DNA from: Hemiscyllium ocellatum | Lineage: Eukaryota | DNA length: 64,000 nucleotides | Assembly: GCF_020745735.1 (NCBI RefSeq) | Contig: NW_026869102.1 | Coordinates: forward strand, 56,367-120,366 | Reading direction: 5' to 3' | Shown here: positions 10,210 through 22,745 of the stretch, piece after piece | Numbering within the stretch: position 1 is the stretch's first letter | Layout of the letters: each line of letters starts with the position of its first letter | Translations under genes and position numbers: made by a program | The notes under the pieces: model-generated | Database searches by the model: none | What the model was told of the DNA's origin: nothing | Seen by the model: only the letters and a program-made list of their open reading frames with translations

Positions 10210-11870
10210 CCTCACCATCCTGAGATGGCCAAAGGATACAGTGGGATAGAGATAAATAGATAGATGGATAGGGTGGAGACTTGGCAGAGAAGTGGCAGAT
10301 GGAATTTAATCCTGAAACATCTGGTCACTCTGGGCTGGGCTGTGGGGGCTTGGGAAAACGTTCCTGTGGAGAGAGATTGGGACATGCTGTTGGTATCGCT
10401 CAGCGTTGCAAGCCAGCAGACTCCTCCCTTCACCTCCATCCAGAGAGTGTTGGCCTGGAAGTGATGTTTGTTTGAAAGGTATGCCGGAATAGCTCCAGAG
10501 TTGATCAAGAGTAAGTTGTATTTAAGAGCTGGCTTCTGGCTGGGGCTCATCAGTTCCCCATCCACTAACATTTTGACCTTAACATGCTCTTACTTACATT
10601 TGCTTGTACATTTTAGTATTTGGTTCAATGTTTGGTAATTTGCTTGCTCAGAGGCGCTAATAAAGGTTTCTGGGACAAGTGGGATTTGAACCCAGGCCTG
10701 TTGGTCCCGAAGGAGGGCAGAGCAGTGGACGTGATCTATATGGACTTCAGTAAGGTGTTTCCCAAGGTTCCCCATGGGAGACTGGTTAGCAAGGTTAGAT
10801 CTCATGGAATACAGGGAGAACTAGCCATTTGGATCCAGAACAGGCTTGAAGGGAGAAGACAGAGGGTGGTGGTGGAGAGATGTTTTTCAGACTGGAGGCC
10901 TGTGCCCAGTGGAGTGCCACAAGGATCGGTGCTGGGTCCACTACTTTTCGGCATTTATATAAATGATTTGGATGTGAACATAGGAGGTATAGTTGGATGG
11001 TGACACCATAATTGGAGGTGTAGTGGACAGTGAAGTAGGTTACCTCAGATTACAATGGGATCTTGATCAGCTGTGCCAATGGGCTGAGGAGTGGCAGATG
11101 GAGTTTAACTTGGGTAAACGTGAGGTGCTGCATTTTGGGGAAAGCAAATCTTAGCAGGACCTATACGCTTAATGGTAAGGTCCAAGAGTGTTGTAGAACA
11201 AAAGTGCAGGTTCATAGCTCCTTGAAAGTGGGGTCCCAAGTGGATAGGATAGTGAAGAAGGTGTTTGGTATGCTTTCCTTTGTAGGGCAGAGTGTTAAGT
11301 ATAGGAGTTGGGAGGGTCATGTTGTGGCTGGACAGGACATTGGTTAGGCCACTGTTGGAATATTGCATGCAGTTCTGATCTCCTTCCTATTGGAAAGATG
11401 GATGTTGGCAGGGTTTGAGCTGTAGGGAAAGGCTGAATAGGTGGGGCTGTTTCCCCTGGAGCGTCGGAGACTGAAGGGGTGACTTTATGGAGGTTTATAA
11501 AATCACGATGGGTGTGGATAGGGGCAGTAGGCCAAGTCTTTTCCCTGGGGTGGGGGAGTCCAGAAGTAGAGGTCAGCGGTTTAGGGTGAGAGGGGAAAGA
11601 TATAAAAGGGATCTAAGGGGCAACTGTTTCAGCCAGAGGATGATGCATGTATGGAATGAGCTGCCAGAGGAAGTGGTGGAGGCTGGTACGATTGGAGCAT
11701 TTTAAAAGGCATCTGGATGGGTATATGAATAGGAAGGGTTTGAGGCAAATGGGCCTAGTGCTGACAAATGGGACGAGATTAGGTTAGGCTATTTGTTCGG
11801 GATGGAGCGAAGGGTCTGTTTCCGTGCTGTCCATCTCTCTGACTCTAAGTAGGGATATTATTAGTCATCA
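10210..11870 (+). mobile_element. L2/CR1-like LINE, 3' two-thirds of ORF2 with frameshifts, ending in the conserved tail
   Basis: ORF 10620-11003 contains [21 protein letters not shown]...[16 protein letters not shown]...[24 protein letters not shown] 11063-11347 has RT downstream motifs. 11487-11705 reads GDRGSRPSLFPGVGESRSRGQRFRVRGERYKRDLRGNCFSQRMMHVWNELPEEVVEAGTIGAF. Tail ggtctgtttccgtgctgtccatctctctgactctaa at about 11810-11850. Confidence 0.75.
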
Positions 11871-12685
11871 GAACCCTGAAGGGCTCTTGTTATAGTGTGA
11901 TGGTGCCTTGGGTGTGGTTGGAGGGGAAGGGTTTCTCAGTTTCATTTTTCTAATATTTGGGGAAAGAAAACACTGTCTTCCTTTTGGAATCTAACTACAT
12001 ATCTGCAGGTTGTGGGAGGGTGCACCCTCTCTTCATATTCTTAAGGAATCACTTCAGCGGCAGATACCTGCTCTTTGAGCATCCGGTGTGGAGGAAGCAA
12101 GGCTTTGTAGGTCTTCCTCATGTAGGTAAGTAGCAAGCTCACCTCTTCACGTTTATGTCTACAGCTGGGTGTCCACGTGATGACAACGGAGGTGTTTGTG
12201 AGCACCAGTCACATTTCACTTGTCTGATTTAACTTGCTGAGCTGGACACTTGTGGCAAATTACATTTGGAAACGGTGATGGCTTTTTGCAAAAGGACGTT
12301 ATAAAAGTGTTCATGATTACTGTCCTGAATTTGTACTGAACCTTTCTGAAGTTCTTCAGACCAGCTGCGCGCTGTTTTCCCCAGCCAACGTTATTTTAAT
12401 TCTATTTCTGTCGTTAGTCTTTGGTTTTGGTTCATGTTGCAATCACCCCAATGGGCAGTTGTTGCTTTTAGTTTGGGTTATTTAAAGAAATGGAGTTTGG
12501 GTTCCTCTGCACTCCTGAGTTTGCCTGTGGACAGGGAAAGGTGGAAATTTGGCATTTGTGCTAAACCCTCGATTTACAATGGTAAATCACACAGACGTTT
12601 ACTGCCTAATTCAACATTAATGTATCAGTCTGTGAAACAGCTGGACCCTTCAGTGTACTAAACCTCACCTCCTCCTGTCTCTCAG

Positions 12686-12815
12686 CTTCGATGCTTTTTA
12701 TGGTGATGACACCTCACAGCTGGAATTCAGTATGTGAATTCAGTGAAACCGATCCTATCCCATGTCCTGAATGGACAGAATGCCAGTGTCTTTGCCTATG
12801 GCCCTACGGGAGCAG
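12686..12815 (+). CDS. KIF22: KIF22 coding exon 2 (FDAFYG...[17 protein letters not shown]-loop N-terminal half). Contains an internal 1-nt frame discontinuity.
   Basis: Acceptor ctctcag at 12679-12685. Frame 1 reads [11 protein letters not shown]. The conserved continuation [32 protein letters not shown] is in frame 3. Donor GTGAGT at 12816. Human has [44 protein letters not shown]. Confidence 0.8.
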
Positions 12816-13483
12816 GTGAGTGAGTGAGTGAGTGACTGTCCACTGTCCTGCCTCTTTCCTTAGTGACCAGCCCCCTCACAGAGCCGACAGCCTTAAAACC
12901 TGTCCTTTAACATTTAGACTAAAATGTCATGTTGCATTGTCAAACACACTTGCTGCACACCAGAAAATAGACAGGCAGGGAGGTTAAGGTCATGAAGGAC
13001 ATCAGTGAATCTGTGTCAACAGGACACAGCGATAGCATTCACGGCTGTTCCTTTGGGAAATTAATAACTGTTTGATTCTGGCCTTGAAACAAAACTCTCT
13101 CAATTAACTTCTCTCCCCAATTATTGTCCTTCACTGTTACCTGTCTAGTTAAGAATGTGCAGGGTTTTTGTGTAAAGGAAGTCAGTTAGTGACCGTTCAG
13201 CACAGTACCCTGTCAGGGCTCTTGAAGAGCTGATCTCCTACTCTCCTGGGTTATTACAACCTAGTTAGTTTAGCTTATAGGTATCAGTGTTATGTTAAAC
13301 TGTTACATCAAGGGGTTAACCTAAACTGTCTGTTTGAGGTATTTTTATTCCAGACTACCAAAGGGTACGATCTCTGGGACAAATCGAGAGGCTTACAGGT
13401 TGAGTCCACGAGGGATTCCCTGGGCCATCTCCGATCTGTCCATATTCCCCTCTCCTGTCTTTATTTGTTTTTCTCATTGATAG

Positions 13484-13644
13484 GTAAGACCCACACCATG
13501 CTGGGCAGTCCCAAACAGCCCGGAGTGGTCCCTCGTTCTCTGCTGGACATATTTCGCATGGTACAGGAGCAGAGTGACCAGCTGTGTGGACCTTCCTGGA
13601 GATTTAATGTGACCATGTCCTACTTGGAGATCTACCAGGAGAAG
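13484..13644 (+). CDS. KIF22: KIF22 coding exon 3
   Basis: Acceptor tgatag. Translates to (G)[53 protein letters not shown]. Donor GTGAGT at 13645. Human has [20 protein letters not shown]...[13 protein letters not shown]. Confidence 0.9.
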
Positions 13645-13936
13645 GTGAGTCTTCTTTGTTGTCCTGGTTAGGTTGGGAAGAGGGACATTAATTCAGAGAT
13701 TCAGGTTCAAATCCTACCTCAGGCACTGGGGGATTCCACTTAAATGAGTCAGACAAATGACAAATCCAAGAAATAAAACAATAATGGTGACCACAAAACT
13801 GGTACCAATTGTCATAAAGAGCCAGCGTCCCTGGGAGCACAGTGTGCCATGCTTTCTCCTGCATCCTGCCCGTGTGGTGAACAGCTCCAGTTTATGGATG
13901 TGTGGTCCTTCTTCTATCTCTGTGGTGCTCAATTCC

Positions 13937-13992
13937 TGCAATACACACACACGCACACACACACGCTCTCAAACACACACACCTTGTGCACC
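13937..13992. repeat. Imperfect (CA)n microsatellite
   Basis: cacacacacgcacacacacacgctctcaaacacacacacc. Confidence 0.7.
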
Positions 13993-14072
13993 CCCACCCC
14001 CTCGTATCCCACAGTTCCCTGCACTCTCCCAGCAGCCTTTTGGAGGATGGTAACATTTCCAACGTCTCTCAG

Positions 14073-14282
14073 GTGTTGGATCTACTGGAGACCACGCACC
14101 AAGACTTGGCGATTCGAGAGGACCAAGACAAGAACATCTTCGTCCCCGACCTGACACAGCAGCGCATCACCAGCTTCGTGGAGTTTGAGCAGTTCTTTCT
14201 GCCAGCCACACAAAGACGGACCACAGCCAGCACCAAGTTGAATTGTCGGTCCAGTCGCAGCCACTCTGTGCTCCTGATTAAG
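14073..14282 (+). CDS. KIF22: KIF22 coding exon 4 (switch I)
   Basis: Translates to [70 protein letters not shown]. Human has [70 protein letters not shown]. Acceptor ctctcag. Donor gtccag at 14283. Confidence 0.9.
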
Positions 14283-14659
14283 GTCCAGCTATGTCGGGTC
14301 CCTTTGTTGCTCTTTCAATTATCTTTCTGGTGCTCACACCCTTGTGGTCTCTCTCTCTCTCGGCACACTTTCTTTCTCTTTCATACTGTAAATGCTGTAT
14401 CAATAAGTGCTACATTAAGGGCTTTAACCACATCGCTCAGGCCTGAGGCTGAAAGATCACACTCACTCTCTCCAGTTGTGCACAGTGTGTAACTCCACTT
14501 CCCAACCACCCTCCACCACCTTGCTGTCTTCCCTCAGTGCTCTGTGTCTCTCTCTGTCTCTCCCCGTGCCCCTGTCCCTCCCTCTGCCAGAATGAATGTT
14601 GCTTGGTTAGGACGCTCAGCCACCACTCTTGCTCTGATCGAATACTGGTTCTGTTGCAG

Positions 14660-14769
14660 GTGGTGAAATTGCAGCAAGAGGCACCATTCCGAGAGCTGAC
14701 AGGGAAACTCTACCTCATTGACCTGGCAGGATCGGAGGATAATCGCAGGACCGGGAATGAAGGTATCCG
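14660..14769 (+). CDS. KIF22: KIF22 coding exon 5 (switch II DLAGSE)
   Basis: Translates to [36 protein letters not shown](R). Human has [31 protein letters not shown]. Acceptor ttgcag. Donor GTACGT at 14770. Confidence 0.9.
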
Positions 14770-15658
14770 GTACGTTCACTGCTGTATTTGCCACTTTGAT
14801 GTCAAGACATGTTCGGGTACCTGCCTAGTAACTTTCAAATAAACAAATTATTATATCCAACTTCAATGATTTTAAAAAACAGCCCCAAGAGTGTTATTCT
14901 GTTCTAACATGGGATAAACAGATTGTACACTTTTAACCATTTGACACTACATGTGTAACATATAGCTAACATCCATGATTAGCATTTAGCAAACAGCTTA
15001 GCTCCAGCTCTTCGCTGACAGCTAGCTTCACCAAGCCAGTACTACCCCTGGACTTTCTCATCTTCGAGCTTGTTTCTTCTGCATTAAACTAATTCTCCTT
15101 TGAGGTTTTCAGTCCTCACTCTCCCAGCTAATCTGAAAACCTGATGCTCTCAGACGTCTTCAGTTTACAGGTAGCATTCTTCCCATGTCCCAGCACCTCG
15201 ACCAACTCCATTCTGAAGCTGCCTACTAATTCCTAAACTTCTCCCTGAATTCTGACAGCATAGAGCCATGTGTGTGTCTGAGACTTCTCCACAGGAACAG
15301 TGTAGTACAGCTGCCTTTCCAGCTGTGCAGTGAACACCTGAGATAGACTCTCCTTCTGTTTTTCTCTTCCATCCTCACTTGCTGCCTGTATCCTTTTGAA
15401 TTCATCTTTGGTGTCTTCCTCCCCCTCAAATGGTCCTGAGTCACCAATCAACACTCTCTCGCGAAAAGCCCTCCCCTTATTTCTGAATGCTTCCTCAAAC
15501 TCGCGTTTGTAACGGTCAGCTACATGTATGTTGGGATCAGATTGCTGCTTTACAATAAAGTGAAGGGTATAAAAGGAGGATTTGCTCAGCTTGTGGATTG
15601 GCTTGGGACATGCTGATGTTGTCACTGTGTCATGATGCTGCTTTACTGTATTCCTCAG

Positions 15659-15779
15659 GCTAAAGGAGAGTGGGGCCATCAACAACTCCCTCTTTGTGTT
15701 GAGTAAAGTGGTGGATGCACTGAACCAGGGCTTGTGCAGGATTCCCTACAGGGACAGCAAGCTAACCCGTCTGCTGCAG
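15659..15779 (+). CDS. KIF22: KIF22 coding exon 6
   Basis: Translates to (R)[40 protein letters not shown]. This is near-identical to human [40 protein letters not shown]. Donor GTAAAC at 15780. Confidence 0.92.
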
Positions 15780-17539
15780 GTAAACCTCACCCCTAAACCG
15801 GTTCCTCTCCTCAGGCAGGATCTCTGTGGGAAGGTTCCTGTAGCAGTAGGAGGCACAGTTCTGGGATAACATTCCTGATTGAAGGTGGAGAGTGATGTCG
15901 TTGATTCAGAGACTAGGCCCCTGAATTGAAATCGAGGAAACAATAATGGCATGAGCTAGCAATGATGTAGATAATGGCAAACATTTTGGAATGTACATGG
16001 GGGAAACGGTCACCCTTGTTCATTGGTCTTGGGCAATGAAATGACCAACGTGAAAGCTAGTCCAACCATGGCTAATCAGGGGAATTACATCCAAGGAGGG
16101 GGCATACACATTGGCTAAAGTAAGTATCAGACCTGAAGGCTGGGACCAGGTTAGATTTCTGCAAAGCAGGGTGAAGGAATCGATTACCAGATGAGATGAA
16201 GCTTGTGGGGAACATGGAAACTGGTTGTAAAAGCTGTGCAAAGAAAGGTTTAGTGACGGCCAGTGTAGGTCCCTTCGAGTCAGACGGCAATTAATGAGGA
16301 AGAAAGATGACAGACCAATTAATACAGAATGCACAAACACACAACTTGCTGGCGAAACTGTGCAGGTCAGGCAGCATCAGTGAGAGTGAACAGGGTTCCA
16401 CTAACCCTTCAGAACTGATAGCAGGGAGGTAAATGATGCCAGGGAGTGGGGCAGGAAGGAGTGAGCAGATAGGGGGGGGACAGAATTTAGAGCAACAAGT
16501 GGGTAGGCAAAGGGATTGTTGGTAAGGTAGGGAAGCGGAGAAGGAGGATGGGTAATAATGAGGACGGAGTGGGTAAAAATGGGGTGACTGTGTGCTGGAG
16601 GGTGGCCATTAGGGTTAGTGGCTGGGTCATAGACATGCTCTGAAATAGTCAACCTCAATGAAGGTTCTCCGGTCACCAGGTAAAAGGGAAGTTGGTGTTC
16701 TTCAACTTGCATCGGGTCTGACTGCAGTGCTGCAGTGTGCTGGAGACTGGAACATTGGCCAGGAGACACTGGGGTGTTGAACTGGCAGGCAACTCCAAGC
16801 GGAGTTGTTTTTATGGACAGAACATGGGTGTTTTACAAGGCAGTCACCAGTCTGTGTTTGGGGACACCAATGTAGAGCAGACTGTGTTGTAAGCAGCAAA
16901 TACAGTAGACCAGATTCAACAAAGTGCAGGGAAATGACTCTGCACCTGGAAGGTATGTCTGAGACTGTGGGTAATGAGGAGGGAGGAAGGTAAAATTGGC
17001 AAGGGTTGTACCTCCTGCAGTAGTATGGGGAGGTGTTGGTCATGGAGGAGGAGTGGACTGGAGGGAACAGTCCCTGTGGAATGCTGACCAGGGAGATGGC
17101 AAGAGGTGGGGGAAATGGCAGCTTTTGTTCCTCTGGGACACAGCCTGGTGGAGTAGAAAGTGAGGGTTTGGGGAGGGAGGGGTGGGGTGTGGACTATATT
17201 GTTATCAGGGGGAAGGGGGAAACATCCAGGGGTAAGGGCAGGTGTCTGGGAAATGGATCAGACATGGCTAAGGGCCCTGTCCTCAATATGGTTGAGGAGA
17301 AAGGTGGACATTTCTGAGCCCCACTGCAGAATGTAGCACCATCGATACGGTGGGAGTTGATGGGTTTGTTCATGGATATCAGACAGTCTGGTTCATTTAG
17401 CCTCAGCTCTGCAGCCAACGTCTGGGTTTGTGTTTCAGATCTTCACCATTCAGTTCTTCATTTCAATCTGCATTTTGGTTCTGCCTTCACAAAGGAAGGC
17501 CTAAATCATGTCCCGAAAATGTTGGGGAGGGCAAGGTCA

Positions 17540-20500
17540 AGTGAGAGGGAGGGACGGACGGATGGATGGAGGGAAATCTGTATTACTACGGCAATGGGTG
17601 TTGGGGAAATTGATGGGATTAAAGGCCAATAAAATGCTCCGGGCCTGATCATCTCCAACCCGGCACTGAGTTGTCAAACCCTTCTGTCCAACTCCTCCAC
17701 ACTGATCGCGTTTACCAATCTGCCTGTACCTTACCCACATCCCTCGGAACCTTTCCCATTCACGTACCTGTGTAAATGTCTCTGAAATATTGTAACTGTG
17801 TCTGCATTTACCACGGCCTCTCGCAGTTCATTCCATATCCACACCGTTCTCTGTGGAGTGGGGGTGAAGTTGTCCCTTTTGGAATCTCTCCATACCCACC
17901 TTAAGCCGATGCCCTCTGGTTTTGTACTCCCCTGCACTATGGGCAAGACTGTTGCTACTCACCTTGTCTGTGTCCCTCATAACCTTAAATACCTCTAAGG
18001 TCAGTCCTCAATCTTTCTGTCTCCCAGTGAAAAAGTCCCAGCCCATCCCATCTCTCCTTATAATTCAAATCCTCCATTCAGGTAACATGCTGGTAAATTT
18101 GTTTCTGTACTTTACACAATCCTTCCTATAACAGCAACCAGAATTGTATGCAGTACTCCAAAAGTAGCTTCACCAATGTCCGGTCCAGCCGCAACGTGCC
18201 AACTTCTGCACTCGGTGCTCTGACCAACAAAGGCAAACATGTCGAACATAGAACATTACCTGGACACAGATCTCTCTGCTCATCGACATGACCAAGAATC
18301 TTACCATTCACCCAGTACTTTGCATTCCGGTTACTCCGACCAAAGTGAATCACCTCATGTTTGTCTGCATTAAACTCCATTTTCCACCTCTCAGACCAGC
18401 TCTGCAGCTTATCTATGCCTCTCTGTAACCTACAACATCCTTCAGCACTATCCACAACTCCACCGACCTTGGTGTCACCTGCACACTTACTAACCCACCC
18501 TTCTATACTGCCAACCAGGTCGTTTATAAAAATGACAAACAGCAGTGGACCCAACACCGACCCTTACGGTACACCACTGGTAACTGAGTTCCAGGATGAA
18601 CATTTCCCATCAACCACCACCCTCTGTCTTCTTTCAGCAAGCCAATTACTGATCCAAACTACTGTATCTCCCACAATCCCATTCCTCCGCAATTTGTACA
18701 ACAGCCGACTGTGGGGAACCTTATCGAATGCCTTGCTGAAATCCATATACACCACATCAACCGGTTTACTCTCATCTACCTGTCTGGTCACCTTCTCAAA
18801 GTACTCAATGAGGTTTGTGAGGCATGACCTACCCTTCACATAACTGTGCTGACTATCCCTAATCAAATTCTTTTCTAGATGATTATAAATCCTATCTCTT
18901 CTAACCTTTTCCAACACTTTACCAACAACTGCAGTGAGGCTCACTGGTCTATAATTACCAGGGTTGTCTCTACTCCCCTTCTTGAACAGGGGAACCACAT
19001 TTGCTCTCCTACAATCTTCTGGCACTATTCCTGTAGACAATGACGATTTAAAGATCAATGCCCAAGGCTCGGCAATCTCCTCCCTGGCTTCCCAGATGAT
19101 CCTAGGATAAAACCCATCCGGCCCAGGGGACTTATCTATTTTCACACACTGCAGGATTTCTAATACCTCTTCCTTGTGAACCTCAATCCCACCTAGTCTA
19201 GTAGCCTGTATCTCAGTATTCTCCTCGACAACATTGTCATTTTCTCGAGTGAATACTGTCGAAAAATATTCATTTAGTGCTTTCCCTATCTCCCCTGACT
19301 CGTCACACAGCTTCTCACTACTCTCCTTGATAGGCCGTAATCTAACACTCGGAATTCTTTTCATTCCTTAAATACCTATAGAAAGCCTTCGGGTTTATCC
19401 TGATCCTATCCACCAACAACTTCTCATGTCTCCTCCTGGCTCTTCTGAGCTCTCTCTTTAGGTCTTTCCTGGCTACCTTGTATCCCTCAAGTGCCCTAAC
19501 TGAGCCTTCACATCTCATCCGAACATAAGCTGCCTTCTTTCTCTTGACCAGAGATTCCACTTCCTTTGTAAACCATGGCTCCTGTGCACTACAGCTTCCT
19601 CCCTGTCTGACAGGTACATACCTATCTCGGACACACAGGAGCATTTCCTTGAATAGCTCCACCTTTCTAACGTGCCTATCCTCTGCAGGTTCCTTCCCCA
19701 TCCTATGCTTCCTAAATCTTGCCTAATCGCATTGTAATTGCCTTTCCCCCAGCTGTAGCTCTTGCCCAGAGGTATACACCTATCCCTTTCTATCACTACA
19801 GGAAACATAACAGAATTGTGATCGCTATCACCAAAGTGCTCACCTACTTCCAAGTCTAACACCTGGCTGGGCTCATTACCCAGTACCAAATCTAATGTGG
19901 CCTCACCCCTTGTTGGCCTGTCTACGTACTGTCAGGAAGCCCTCCTGCACACACTGGACAAAAACTGACTCCTCTATAGTCGCTCTTGCTCTCTCATTGG
20001 CAATATACAGAAAACTCCCAACAGGGTGACCTCTCCTTTCCTGTTTCTAACCTCAGCCCATACTACCTCAGTTGACAAGTCCCTAAACATCATTCCTGCA
20101 ACTGTAATACTGTCTTTGACCAACAATGCCACACCTCCCCCTCTTTTACCATCTTCTCTGTTCTTACTGAAACATCTAAATCCTGGAACCTGCACCAACC
20201 ATTCCTGTCCCAGCCAAATGCTGCCTTCACTCTCTACTTATGATGCCATTTCCAAGACATTATTACCTGGACCCCTAGGTGTCTTTGTTCATCAACACTT
20301 CCTGTTATCTGTGTCAGCCTTGCCCTGATTTACCTTGCAAAAATGCAATAGCTCACATTTATCTAAGATAAACTCTGTCTGCCTCTACTTGGCCTAGCTG
20401 AGAAAGATCCCACTGTACTCCTGGATAACCTTCACTGTCCACTATACCCTCAATCTTGGTGTCACCTGCAAAAATATTAACTGCGTCTCCTGTATTCTCA

Positions 20501-20650
20501 TCCCAATCATTTATGTACATGAGACAGCAGTGGATCCAGAACTGATTCCTGTGTTCACTGGCCTCCAGTCCCCAAAAAAATCCCCTTGGCCACCACTCTG
20601 TCTCCTACCGCCAACCAATTTTGTACCCAGGTGATCCTATCCCAAGATTA
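17540..20650 (-). mobile_element. L2/CR1-like LINE carrying APE-type endonuclease and reverse-transcriptase domains, degenerate, inside KIF22 intron 6. A second RT fragment abuts it at 20330-20620.
   Basis: Minus-strand ORF 19974-20198 reads ...GGGVALLVKDSI... (endonuclease N-terminus). ORF 18564-19364 reads ...GPDGFYPRIIWEAREEIAEPWALIFKSSLSTGIVPEDCRRANVVPLFKKG...YRPVSLTAVVGKVLEKV...PVDVVYMDFSKAFDKVPHSRL (RT). ORF 18126-18557 reads LGPLLFVIFINDL...LQRGIDKLQSWSERWKMEFNADKHEVIHFG. The segment 17731-17946 gives the ORF2 C-terminus (...RTVWIWNELREAVVNADTVTIFQRHLHRYV). Confidence 0.8.
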
Positions 20651-21241
20651 TATTGACTCTGGACTAGTTCCCACAGACTGGAGGGGGAGCTTCTGACCAG
20701 TCAGCCTGATGTCAGTGGTGGGGAAAATTTCTCAGTCCATTGTATAAGACTGAATAGAGTATCAGGAAACAGTGAGAGGACCGGACAGTGTCAGTATGGA
20801 TTTAGAAAAGGGAAATCACTCTTGACAAGTAGAATGTAGACCATGACAGCGCAGTCCACTCCCTCAGCCCTCGATGTTGTGCTGACCCTGTGGAACCAAT
20901 CTGAAGCAGGTTGATCTCACACTCTTCCATTATAATCCATCTGTTTATCCAATGACCATTTAAATGTCCTTGAGGTTGGTGAGTCTCCCACTGAAATCTC
21001 CTCGGATTTGCCAAGGATGTGACTGGTCAGGGAGATATGAGGGGGGAGTGGTGGGGGGGGACAGTGAATGTGGTTCACTAGGGCTTTGAGAAGGCTTTGT
21101 ATAAAAGGGGGAGATGAAGGTGTAAACTGGGTGGTTCAGCCCTGCAGTGTTTGGGTTTAAATGTTGTTGTTCTGTCCCTCCCTGATCTTGCTATGTCACA
21201 CACGTGCTTTGTTTCCAATGCTGTGTTTGGTTTTGTGGTAG

Positions 21242-21395
21242 GATTCTCTGGGAGGCACGGCCCACAGTGTAATGATAACTAACATCGCTCCAGAATACAA
21301 GTACTACTTTAACACGCTCACCGCCCTCAACTTTGCTGCCAAATCCAAGCTGGTGGTCAACCGTCCTTTCACACAGGAAACCATCCAGCCTATCG
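21242..21395 (+). CDS. KIF22: KIF22 coding exon 7 (end of motor domain)
   Basis: Translates to [51 protein letters not shown]. Human has [50 protein letters not shown]. Acceptor gtggtag. Donor GTAAGT at 21396. Confidence 0.92.
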
Positions 21396-21541
21396 GTAAG
21401 TGTGGTTACAACCGTGGGGGAGGGAACCCTACATTCCCTGTGAAGTGACTGTGGTGTCCAGGGGAGCGTCTGCCCGTAGTGTGGTAGTGACACACAGCTT
21501 CTGCCTTTTTTAAAATATTCTTTCATTCGTTCCTCGTTCAG

Positions 21542-21659
21542 GCATTTGCCCTTCAAAGCGTTCCTGTGAAGGTTCATCTTCAAGTTTGCAACATCCAGCC
21601 AAGAGAACAAAATCAGGAGAGTCTGTGAGTCCTGATTCCTCGGAGGAGCTGGTGTTTAG
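21542..21659 (+). CDS. KIF22: KIF22 coding exon 8 (linker after the motor domain)
   Basis: Translates to (G)ICPSKRSCEGSSSSLQHPAKRTKSGESVSPDSSEELVF. The acceptor (cgttcag) and donor (GTAAGG at 21660) phases are compatible with exons 7 and 9. This is a low-complexity region with weak conservation. Confidence 0.6.
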
Positions 21660-21899
21660 GTAAGGGGAGGACACTCTGCCTGACTCAGTGTTACAGACCC
21701 TCCAACAATGGAGGTTCTTGCAAGTTCCCCAGATGAGATGGGGGACCGTAGGGCAGTGAGCAAAACTGGAGTGAGAAGCTTTCAGGTGAGATGAACAAAT
21801 AGGCCTTTCTAATAGCAGCTGGGATGGATAGTGTTCCGTGTAGCCATGAGCACAACCCCTGAAGGGGGGTGTGTGCGTGTGTATCTGGTGCAATGGTTA

Positions 21900-22745
21900 A
21901 TGACATCATCAAGGCTAGTCTAATGGTGCCTCCCTATAGAAAGGTGGCGAGCTTTCTGAAGAGATTTACCAGGACGATGCTGGGTGTGGAAGGGTTTGAG
22001 TTTTACATAGAGGATGGGACTGTTTCATTTTCACCCCCGTGTGGGAGGGTGAGAGGTGACCTGATAGAGGTTTATAAGACAATGAGGAGGTATTGATCGA
22101 GTTAATGGTAGTTGTGTATTCCCTAAGATGGAGGATTTCAAAACTAGGGGCACCTTTTTAAGATTAGATTAGACTTACAGTGTGGAAACAGGCCCTTCGG
22201 CCCAACAAGTCCACACCGACCCGCCGAAGCGCAACCCACCCACACCCCCACATTTACCCCTTACCTAACACTACGGGCAATTTAGCTTGGCCAATTCACC
22301 TGACCCGCACATCTTTGTGACTGTGGGAGGAAACCGGAGCACCCGGAGGAAACCCACGCAGACACGGGGAGAACGTGCAAACTCCACACAGTCAGTCGCC
22401 AGAGTCGGGAATTGAACCCGGGTCTACAGGCGCTGTGAGGCAGCAGTGCTAACCACTGTGCCACCGTGCCGCCCACAAGAGATTTAAGGTGAGAGATTTA
22501 TAGATGATATGAGGGGCAACTATTTGACATAGAGGGTGGTTTGCTTGTGGAATGAACTTGAGGAAATGGTGGGTTGGGTACCGTTACAACGTGTAAAAGA
22601 CACTTGGATAAGTATGTGAATCGGAAAAGTTTGGGATATGGGCCAGGAGCAGGCAGGTGGGACTAGTTTAGTTTGGGGTTAATGTTTGACATGGACTGGC
22701 TGAACCACAGGGTCTGTTTCCCTGCTGTATGACACTGTCTCTATG
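21900..22745 (+). mobile_element. LINE 3' end interrupted by a reverse-orientation SINE insertion (22160-22478)
   Basis: 21962-22096 reads ...FTRTMLGVEGFEFYIEDGTVSFSPPCGRVRGDLIEVYKTMRRY. 22480-22745 reads ...RGNYLT*RVVCLWNELEEMVG...DTWISM... with tail ggtctgtttccctgctgtatgacactgtct. The SINE between them has its tRNA-like head in reverse complement (ccgggttcaattcccgactctggcgactgactgtgtggag). Confidence 0.65.

Noticed and set aside
15233-15685. 150-aa minus-strand ORF inside KIF22 intron 5, overlapping exon 6
   Set aside because: It has no recognisable domain or splice context and lies antisense to a conserved exon. It is most likely a chance ORF in unique intronic sequence.
16400-17420. A cluster of 70-120-aa ORFs on both strands in G-rich intronic sequence
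   Set aside because: The region is compositionally biased and has no conserved motifs. It is probably non-coding intron.
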